A DNA stretch of 64,000 bases from an uncultured Thermoprotei archaeon (GTDB lineage Archaea; Thermoproteota; Thermoprotei; Thermofilales; B15-G2): positions 22,076 to 86,075 of the forward strand of contig CBDUKN010000007.1 in NCBI GenBank assembly GCA_965367815.1. The letters are read 5' to 3'. This document shows, piece by piece, positions 45,129 through 53,029 of this stretch. Within the stretch, counting starts at the first letter, position 1, and each line of letters starts with the position of its first letter. The position numbers were made by a program, and so were the translations under genes. The notes under the pieces are model-generated. The model made no database searches. It worked only from the letters and a program-made list of their open reading frames with translations, and was not told where the DNA came from.

Positions 45129-48100
45129 ATGGTGATAAATTCAAAGAAAGCTTTTACACTAATATTCATTATAGTTCTGAGTGTAGTGATTGCCACGGTA
45201 CCTGAAGCAACTGTTTCTCGCAGAGAAACAATTAACTGGGAGGATCTTGAAGCATTCTTAAAGAACTTCAATTACTCCAAGGTTCTCAAACATATCGAAT
45301 ATTTTGGCTCGCTTGATAGTCGCTTGACAGGGTATCCCGGTGCCTGGGAAGCTCTACGCTATATATATTCAGAGCTGGAGCTCTATGGGTACGACTTAGT
45401 CTATTTCCAGAATTTCACCACAGTTGTTCCAGTAGTGCGAGAAGCTTACATTGAAGTTAAGAGCGGCGAGACTGTCAGCAAGTTTAAAGTATACCCTGTT
45501 TGGCCTAATCTTGTTCAAACATCTCCTACTGGACCCGAAGGTATCTCGGGGAAGTTGCTCTACTTAGGTAAAGGGGACTTAGAGAGCATCAAGGGAATAG
45601 ACATAAAAGATGCTATTGTTCTCCTGGATTATAACAGCGGAGACAATTGGGTGAAGTTAGCCGAGCTAGGAGCAAGAGCTGTAATTTTCATAGAGCCTTT
45701 ATCAACCAACAGATTCGAGTCTTTCAATAAATTTGTCTACGTAAATCTTTATTTCCCTAGAGTCTATGTTGACAGAAAGACTGGTATCGAACTAAAAAAA
45801 CTGTGTGAAAAAGATGCCGCTACAGCTAGGCTTATTCTAGATTACTCGATGGAAGAGGTTGTTTCAGCGAATGTAGTTGCTTTCCTGAAAGGAAAAGGCA
45901 GCACTAATGATTCTCTTGTTTTAGCAGCATATATTGACGATTGGTCTCCTGTACCCGAGCTCGCTAGCCACTATGATAGCGCCTGCGGTGCAGCAGTCTT
46001 ACTCGAAGTAGCACGCTTACTAGCTAAAAGTAAGCCAGAACTCAACGTCATTGTAGTATTCTTTACGGGTCACTGGGAAGGTTTATGCGGACCTAGAGCT
46101 TTCGTAGAAGAGGTACTCGAAGTTTTTGCTGACCGCACATTGCAGAACCATCCAATATGGAACCAAAGTGTTCCTAAAACATTTCTTTCATTGGATTTAT
46201 CTACTGGTAGCAGTAGTGTTGCCCTACTCCACTCAGGCGGATTTTATCACGTAGCAGGTCCCAGTATTTTTGAAGAATGCGTAGACATGTTCAGGGGAAT
46301 GGATTTCCTTCTAAGAGAGTATGGTAGGAGTAACAGGCTAGCTGACTTAGTCAAAAAATACTCAGGCAGGGCTCCTGAAATATATTACCAGCTTATAGAT
46401 CAATCTGGAGGCGCTTACGTGGAGGCTGGTGAGCTAGAATACTTTACTCCTGTGCCCTACAAGTACATCGCTGATGTAGAGCCATGGCTTCAAGCGGGAC
46501 TACCAGGCTATACGCTCTTTACTGCTTTCGACTACAGGTTTACATGGTTCACTCCTCTTAAAGAACGAGTACACTTTAACCCGGATAACCTTAAGCCTCA
46601 AGCATACTATGTTGCAGCACTATCTTACATTTACTCCAACGTCGTAACAAGTGATTACCCACCGAGGAGAGTATGGGGCCCGACTCGCTACTATTTCCCA
46701 GGACCCTTCGCCCCATTTGTTCCGGGCTTCACTAAGATGAGAGGTCAAGTCGTAGTATATTTGCCTATTTCGCCTAGACAGTATGAGCCGCTAATGAATG
46801 AAACTATAGTAGCTATAGTGGATTCAGAGGATCAATACAATATTTTCAACTATATTTTCTTAAAAACAAAGCCTAATGGAACTTTTGTTGTCCATGGTCT
46901 AGCCATAGATAGAGGAGGGGGAGCAAGAACTTATATGGCTAGGCTCTACGTAATTGACTATAAGAACAAGGGAAGAATTCTCTATACAAATGATTACGGC
47001 AAATATGGTGCTGAAGCAATATACACTACGAGAACGTTCAGTGTGAGAGAAGGAGTCTATGGATGGCCGCAGCCTTTGCGTTTCGTCGTATTCAAGTGTG
47101 CCAGCATAACTATGTTTAGTGTAACTTTTCCTCAAGGAATGCTTGACTTATACAACTACATGAGTATATACAAGACTCTTCAAGCCCGAGATGTTTCAGT
47201 AATAGTTAGAGAATTTACATCTCACTCAGAGGTATATCACTATGGTTATGAAGTAGACCCTATGTCTAGGATACTAGTTGTCTATGTCAAGCCTGAAGAG
47301 AGAATAGAAATAGAAGTACACGTTAGGTCTCAGGAAGGGCCAATCTACTTAACAATTCTACTTTTAAATGCTTCTGAAAAATACCCGGAGGGTGCTGGTT
47401 ACTATCTTAATGAGCCGGGAGAATCTCTGGTTTTATTAAAGTCTACTTTGCACTACGTCGAGAACTTCTACTGGCTAAGTAGATATAGAATAGACTTGGC
47501 TGCGAGGTTCGGTGTCTTTGACGCGGAGTCTCAGAGAAGTTTGAGGATGCTTGAAGAGTGGCGTAATTTAACTAAAAAGTATTTAGAGGAAAAAGATTAT
47601 AGTAAAGCCTACTATGCTTCGCTAATCGCTTGGGCTTGGGCACAAAAGCTCTATTACTCGTCGAGAGGGCTTATTCAAGGCTCATCTACAACTACTGTAG
47701 TCTACTTCGTTATGTTGATCCCATTTGCTTTCGTGCTAGAGAGACTTTTATTTGAGTTTTACGAGGGCAGAAAAAGACTCTTAACAATAGCGTGTATCTT
47801 TGCAATATTTATTGTCTTGATGTGGCTTAACCATCCAGGTTTCCATTTAGTAGCGAGTATGCCTACACTGTTGCTAGGCTTCGTTATACTAACTATTTCG
47901 GTAGTAATAGGTTTCCTACTCTACACAGATTTCCAAGGCGTAATGTGGAGAGTAAGGAAAAAGACTCTTGGAGTACACTTCGTAGAAGTGAGTAGATGGG
48001 ATGTCATGGTTTCGTCGCTTTACTATGGTGTAGTAAATATGAAGAGGCACAAGGTTACTTCGCTTCTTACTCTGACAGCAATAGTCATCATAACAATGTC

Positions 48101-49727
48101 GCTAATATCACTTACATCAATTACGACGCATACTGTTCTAAAAACATTGAGTATTACTGCTGAGCCTAGTTATACAGGGCTTTTAGCTAGGTATGTCTCT
48201 TATGATACCTTGCCGGAATCGTTTGTGGAGTGCCTAAAGGTGTTAAGTGAAGAAGAAGTAGCTAGACGTGCCTGGCTTTATGGGCCTATTGAAGGATCGA
48301 CTCTATGGGGAGAAATACCTGTAGAGTATGAGGGTAAGAAAGAAACTGTAAGAGCTATAGTAGGCTTAGATGAAGTAGACGGTAAGGTCTTAGGCATAGA
48401 AGCCGCTACTATTTATAGAAGATGGAGTGAGCTTTTCCGCGAAATATCGCCCGACGTAATATCTTGTATAATAAACCGTAAGCTCGCAGAATTCCTTGGC
48501 ATAAAGTCTGTGCCTGCGAAAGTAAAAATATGGGGCATTGACTTTATAGTAGTCGATATATTTGATCCAGCTGCACTCGGTGGAGTAAGAGATATTGATA
48601 ATGAGCCTATAGCTCCTTTCAATATATGGTCTACTGAAGCAGGGGCATCTGGCATCGTTGTTACAGAGAGGCTTCAGTGGGATACTATTATAATTATTCC
48701 CTACAGTGTCTTAGAAAAGTTCCCTGGCTCTATAAGAGCGAGCACAGCTGTTGTAGGCGAAGACTACACGAAACTAGATAAGTTTGCCAGAATACTCGCG
48801 GAAATGACCTATAACATGTATCTCTTTGTCTCTGACGGAAAGAAAGTGAAAGGATATGTTTCGTTAGTAGGTCTCGCTGCTAGAGGATGGTCATTCTTAC
48901 TACCGGCTATAGTTATAGCTTCGCTTATAATGTTCAATATGATGATTTCTCTAGTACAGCAAAGAACAAATGAAGTTAAAACTCTTTCAGCTCTAGGTCT
49001 TGCTCCACTACATGTTGTTGGCCTCTTCTTCTCTGAAGCTATAGCCTATGCGCTCATAGGAGGAGTAATAGGATATACTACCGGTATATTTGTACTCAAG
49101 GCTTTGACACCACTAATGGGCCCCGGCTTCTATCCCAATTACACTTCAGGTGCAGTAGTGTTAGCGATAGCACTTTCATTTGTCACTGTAATAGTACCCT
49201 CAATTATTCCTGCCTTCAGAATGGGTGCTCTCGTAACACCATCGCTTGAAAGAAAATGGAAGATTACTACTAAACCTAGAGGAGATATATGGGAAATTCC
49301 TACGCCGTTTAGAGCAACTAAGGTAGAAGCTCCCGGCGTGCTTCTTTATGTTAAAGAGTTTCTCGATGCTCATAGAACAGAAAGAGCCCATAGATGGTTT
49401 GCTTCACTTGAAGAAGCTAAAATAACCTCATTTGAAATGGAGGGTAAAAAAGGCTATGCGCTTAAAACTAGAGTAATGCTCTATCCATGGGAGGCTGGAC
49501 TAAAACAGGAAGTTGAAATAGCTGCGTTACCAGAAGACGGTATTTCTCGATTCACTGTAGCGCTGCGCCTCGAGTCAGGGCCAAGAGAAGTCTGGATACG
49601 TTCCAACAAGGCGTTCCTAGATATCCTTAGGAAGCAGTTCTTATTATGGAGAAGTATTGTTCCTTCTGAGAGAAGAGAATACGTTAAGAAGGCTTTAGAT
49701 CTTGTGGGCTTGAAGGAGGGTGAGTAG
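45129..49727 (+). CDS. PA/M28-like ectodomain fused to an FtsX-MacB-type permease (P3)
   Basis: It has a signal anchor and a PA domain (GKLLYLGKGD..AELGARAVIFIEP). The M28-like core has altered ligands (AAYIDDW, HYDSACG, TGHWEG). Next come a TM bundle, 'NMKRHKVTSLLTLTAIV' (TM1) and the FtsX core 'QQRTNEVKTLSALGLAPLHVVGLFFSEAIAYALIGGVIGY'. It ends in a ~200-aa tail. I prefer ATG 45129 over the listed TTG 45126. Confidence 0.75.
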   Translation: MVINSKKAFTLIFIIVLSVVIATVPEATVSRRETINWEDLEAFLKNFNYSKVLKHIEYFGSLDSRLTGYPGAWEALRYIYSELELYGYDLVYFQNFTTVVPVVREAYIEVKSGETVSKFKVYPVWPNLVQTSPTGPEGISGKLLYLGKGDLESIKGIDIKDAIVLLDYNSGDNWVKLAELGARAVIFIEPLSTNRFESFNKFVYVNLYFPRVYVDRKTGIELKKLCEKDAATARLILDYSMEEVVSANVVAFLKGKGSTNDSLVLAAYIDDWSPVPELASHYDSACGAAVLLEVARLLAKSKPELNVIVVFFTGHWEGLCGPRAFVEEVLEVFADRTLQNHPIWNQSVPKTFLSLDLSTGSSSVALLHSGGFYHVAGPSIFEECVDMFRGMDFLLREYGRSNRLADLVKKYSGRAPEIYYQLIDQSGGAYVEAGELEYFTPVPYKYIADVEPWLQAGLPGYTLFTAFDYRFTWFTPLKERVHFNPDNLKPQAYYVAALSYIYSNVVTSDYPPRRVWGPTRYYFPGPFAPFVPGFTKMRGQVVVYLPISPRQYEPLMNETIVAIVDSEDQYNIFNYIFLKTKPNGTFVVHGLAIDRGGGARTYMARLYVIDYKNKGRILYTNDYGKYGAEAIYTTRTFSVREGVYGWPQPLRFVVFKCASITMFSVTFPQGMLDLYNYMSIYKTLQARDVSVIVREFTSHSEVYHYGYEVDPMSRILVVYVKPEERIEIEVHVRSQEGPIYLTILLLNASEKYPEGAGYYLNEPGESLVLLKSTLHYVENFYWLSRYRIDLAARFGVFDAESQRSLRMLEEWRNLTKKYLEEKDYSKAYYASLIAWAWAQKLYYSSRGLIQGSSTTTVVYFVMLIPFAFVLERLLFEFYEGRKRLLTIACIFAIFIVLMWLNHPGFHLVASMPTLLLGFVILTISVVIGFLLYTDFQGVMWRVRKKTLGVHFVEVSRWDVMVSSLYYGVVNMKRHKVTSLLTLTAIVIITMSLISLTSITTHTVLKTLSITAEPSYTGLLARYVSYDTLPESFVECLKVLSEEEVARRAWLYGPIEGSTLWGEIPVEYEGKKETVRAIVGLDEVDGKVLGIEAATIYRRWSELFREISPDVISCIINRKLAEFLGIKSVPAKVKIWGIDFIVVDIFDPAALGGVRDIDNEPIAPFNIWSTEAGASGIVVTERLQWDTIIIIPYSVLEKFPGSIRASTAVVGEDYTKLDKFARILAEMTYNMYLFVSDGKKVKGYVSLVGLAARGWSFLLPAIVIASLIMFNMMISLVQQRTNEVKTLSALGLAPLHVVGLFFSEAIAYALIGGVIGYTTGIFVLKALTPLMGPGFYPNYTSGAVVLAIALSFVTVIVPSIIPAFRMGALVTPSLERKWKITTKPRGDIWEIPTPFRATKVEAPGVLLYVKEFLDAHRTERAHRWFASLEEAKITSFEMEGKKGYALKTRVMLYPWEAGLKQEVEIAALPEDGISRFTVALRLESGPREVWIRSNKAFLDILRKQFLLWRSIVPSERREYVKKALDLVGLKEGE

Positions 49728-49729
49728 TT

Positions 49730-51664
49730 ATGGGGAGGTTTAGGTTATTCAATGAAGAAGAAGGATTAACTTGGAGGTCGTTTTTAGCAATAGTGTTTTC
49801 AGCGGTAGTAATACTTCCTATACAAATTTACATGACTCTAGCTACTCCAATATCAGTAGCTTGGCCCGCTGTAATTCTATTGCTCTTCACTGAGCTTGCC
49901 TATTTCTTCCACTCGCCTCTATCCAGACAGGAGGGCTTCATAATATATTTCGTCTCATCAGTAGCTATAGGAGGATCGGTACTCGTAGAGGGAATGATAC
50001 CTTTCCTTAACTTCCCCTACCGCGTATACATGGTTCAAAGCCCCTACTTCAAGGCACTAGGCTTCGATAAAGAGGTGCCCTGGTGGTTTGTTCCGCCTAT
50101 ATCTTCAGAAGCTATACTGAAGAGAACTCTGCTTCACCCAGACTGGCTATTCTACATAGGACTGCTTATCTTAGGCTTCATCATATATCTCGGCACAATA
50201 CTGCCTATGACCTTCATATTAGCTCAGCTCTACATAGAAATAGAGAAACTGCCATTCCCTATAGGAAGAGTACAAGCCGAGACAATAATCAGCTTGACTG
50301 AAAGAGACCCTGAGAGATTCGATAAATTCATACTGTCAGCAGTAATAGGAGTAATATATTCACTCATCCTCTACGGCTTCCCAATAATAACGCTAACATT
50401 CTTCGGCAAAGCATTTTCTGTTACAGGGTCTATGATATGGTCGTTCCTCGACTTGACTCAGGCACTACAAGTAATCATACCGGGAGCAATCTTCGGCGTA
50501 TCGCTAGACCTCCTCAACGTAGCTTCAGCATGGGTCATTCCCTCTTACCTAGTGATTACAGCAACTATAGCATCTATACTAGCCTATGTTGTCGGAAACG
50601 CTATTGCGCTAAAACTTCCGCTAGATATATTCAAGTGGTGGCAACAAGACTGGTTCCCTGGAGCAGGACTAGTCTGGCTCTACCAGCGCTCGTACTTTGA
50701 CTTATGGCTTAGTGCTTACATAGGTGTATCGATAGCTGCCGGTATAATGCCGTTTATCCTCGAGTACAAGAACTATGCCAGAGCTTTCTCTAATCTAAAA
50801 TCTCTCCCCGAGAGCGTGAAGAAAGCAGGGTACATATCGCTGACTCCTCTTCTCACAGTATACTTCCTTTCCGTAGCCGCCTCAATAGCGCTATTCAAGT
50901 ATCTTGTGCCTAGATTCCCCATAATACTGCTTCTGCCTTTCGTTGCCTGGGGCTTCATATGGCCTTTCATCAGCGCCTGGTCTATAGGTATGACAGGATT
51001 TGCTCCAGCCCAGCCCCCGATGCTCAGAGAGGCAACTATTCTCTTCAGCGGATACAAGGATCTAGATGTATGGTTCGCTGGATGGGTTGCTCAGCCAGGA
51101 AATGCTCCAGGAGTAATAGTGAATGCATTCCAAGTAGGCTACTGGTGTGGAGTAACTCCGAAAACATACCTCAAGGCGGCTTTCATGGCAATGCCTCTGC
51201 TCTTCATATTCTCGCTAATATACGTCGACATGTTCTGGCGCATGGCTCCAATGCCCTCAGCCTTCTACCCATGGATCGAGGTAACGTGGCCTATTTCTGT
51301 GCTAAACTGGGTTATCTGGCCTACATTCGTGAGAAAAGGCTTCCTGCCTACAATAAGCTCAGAGTTTATAATAGGGTTCTTCTTAGTATCAGCGATTCTC
51401 GCAGTGGTCTTAAAGATACTTAAGCTACCTCTAGCAGTGCTAATAGGTGTTCTCTGGGGAATTACTTCTATGCCTCATCCGCTAGTAGGAGCAACAATAG
51501 GAGTAATTGTGGGCAAGATACTCGAAAAGAAGCTTGGTAAGGAAAAGTGGGACCGCGATAAAGTAGTCATAGTAGCTGGCTTAACTCTAGGAAACGCTGT
51601 AGCAATAGCTTTCGCCGCCTCGTTGCTACTAATATCGAGGTCGCTATGGGCTCTACCATACTAA
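49730..51664 (+). CDS. Polytopic membrane protein, OPT/YSL-superfamily-like (Q2), paralogue of 42831..44858
   Basis: The 644-aa protein carries 'EIEKLPFPIGRVQAETIISL'. Its start is 3 nt after the P3 stop, with GGAGGG upstream. Confidence 0.5.
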   Translation: MGRFRLFNEEEGLTWRSFLAIVFSAVVILPIQIYMTLATPISVAWPAVILLLFTELAYFFHSPLSRQEGFIIYFVSSVAIGGSVLVEGMIPFLNFPYRVYMVQSPYFKALGFDKEVPWWFVPPISSEAILKRTLLHPDWLFYIGLLILGFIIYLGTILPMTFILAQLYIEIEKLPFPIGRVQAETIISLTERDPERFDKFILSAVIGVIYSLILYGFPIITLTFFGKAFSVTGSMIWSFLDLTQALQVIIPGAIFGVSLDLLNVASAWVIPSYLVITATIASILAYVVGNAIALKLPLDIFKWWQQDWFPGAGLVWLYQRSYFDLWLSAYIGVSIAAGIMPFILEYKNYARAFSNLKSLPESVKKAGYISLTPLLTVYFLSVAASIALFKYLVPRFPIILLLPFVAWGFIWPFISAWSIGMTGFAPAQPPMLREATILFSGYKDLDVWFAGWVAQPGNAPGVIVNAFQVGYWCGVTPKTYLKAAFMAMPLLFIFSLIYVDMFWRMAPMPSAFYPWIEVTWPISVLNWVIWPTFVRKGFLPTISSEFIIGFFLVSAILAVVLKILKLPLAVLIGVLWGITSMPHPLVGATIGVIVGKILEKKLGKEKWDRDKVVIVAGLTLGNAVAIAFAASLLLISRSLWALPY

Positions 51665-51806
51665 AGCGTTCAAAATATTTTTGATAATCTTTTAGTTTCA
51701 GACTGTGGCGTACTCTTCATCTATCTGTTTTCCGAGCTTCATCATCTTAGTTTTGAGTATCTAACCGTAACTTTTACTATACTAACCTAAATAATAATTA
51801 TTAGTA

Positions 51807-52964
51807 ATGCCTGCTGTAGCAGATTTACCTTTACATACAGGCACTGTTCCGCCCTGGCTAGCTTCCCGTATGATTAAGCTGACTGAGATAGTTGTAAGAC
51901 TTCTCGTAGAAGAATATGGTACTGTAGGTGTTCTTGAGAGATTATCTGACCCTATTTGGTTTCAGGCACTAAATAATCTAATCGGAATGGACTGGGATAG
52001 CTCTGGATCGACGACAGTTACCTGTGGAATACTTAAACAGGTTCTTATTAAAGAAGACTTCGGTATTAAAGCAGCTGGAGGTAAGGGAGATAAAGCTAGG
52101 GCAACTCCTTCCGAACTCAAAGAAATCTGTAGCAAATATAGCTTAAATCCAGATAAATATATTCAAGTATCACGTATTGTAGCAAAAGTAGATAACGTTG
52201 CTCTACAGTGTGGATATACTCTATACCACCATATGTTTTTCGTAGACAAGGAAGGCAACTGGACTATAGTCCAGCAGGGAATGAATGTTTCTACGAAAAT
52301 GGCTCGAAGATACCACTGGTTCTCGGGACATTTAAAAGACTTTGTTGTAGAGCCTCATAAGGCAATAAGCGGAACTAAACACAGCTACGCGTTCAATACT
52401 ATAGCTAGAAGAATAGATGAGTTTAGAAAAACAGTAGTAGATTTAGCTAAAGAAAATGCCTCAAAACTCGAGAGAGAACTCAAATCAGTTCTTGCACTCG
52501 CTAAAGGAAATACTCTACTAGCCTACTACACGCCCTATAATCCTGAAGAAGCGAGAAAGAAAGTAAGGAAGTATATAAGCTTGGGGCCAGTAGCGCTAAA
52601 TAGGAAGGCTTTAATTGAGGCAAGAGAACTCGCAGTGTCTGATTTCAAGGAACTGCTTTTAGTTAAAGGACTCGGTCCAAGCACTCTCAGAGCACTAGCT
52701 CTTGTAGCAGAGCTTGTATACGAAACACCTCCCTCGTGGAAAGACCCCGTAACACATCCAATAGACCCCTTCAAGTACGCTTACGCTGTAGGAGGAAAAG
52801 ACGGAGTACCCTTCCCAGTAGACAAGAAGACTTACGATGAGCTTCTCTCTTTTCTAGAAGCACTGCTAGCTAAAGCTAGAGAACACAGAAAAATATTCCT
52901 CAAAAACATGGCTAAGATCACTAAAAACTGGTCTCCTCCACCAGAAGACAAAATTCCAACATAA
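51807..52964 (+). CDS. DUF763-family protein
   Basis: The N-terminus 'LPLHTGTVPPWL..RM' and 'DWDSSGSTT' match my recollection of DUF763. It has an HhH-like 'VKGLGPSTLRALAL'. Confidence 0.65.
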   Translation: MPAVADLPLHTGTVPPWLASRMIKLTEIVVRLLVEEYGTVGVLERLSDPIWFQALNNLIGMDWDSSGSTTVTCGILKQVLIKEDFGIKAAGGKGDKARATPSELKEICSKYSLNPDKYIQVSRIVAKVDNVALQCGYTLYHHMFFVDKEGNWTIVQQGMNVSTKMARRYHWFSGHLKDFVVEPHKAISGTKHSYAFNTIARRIDEFRKTVVDLAKENASKLERELKSVLALAKGNTLLAYYTPYNPEEARKKVRKYISLGPVALNRKALIEARELAVSDFKELLLVKGLGPSTLRALALVAELVYETPPSWKDPVTHPIDPFKYAYAVGGKDGVPFPVDKKTYDELLSFLEALLAKAREHRKIFLKNMAKITKNWSPPPEDKIPT

Positions 52965-53029
52965 TATTCGACTCAACTAGAATATCCTTATATACTTCAT
53001 TCGAGTATATTCGAGTGAAGTATATATAG

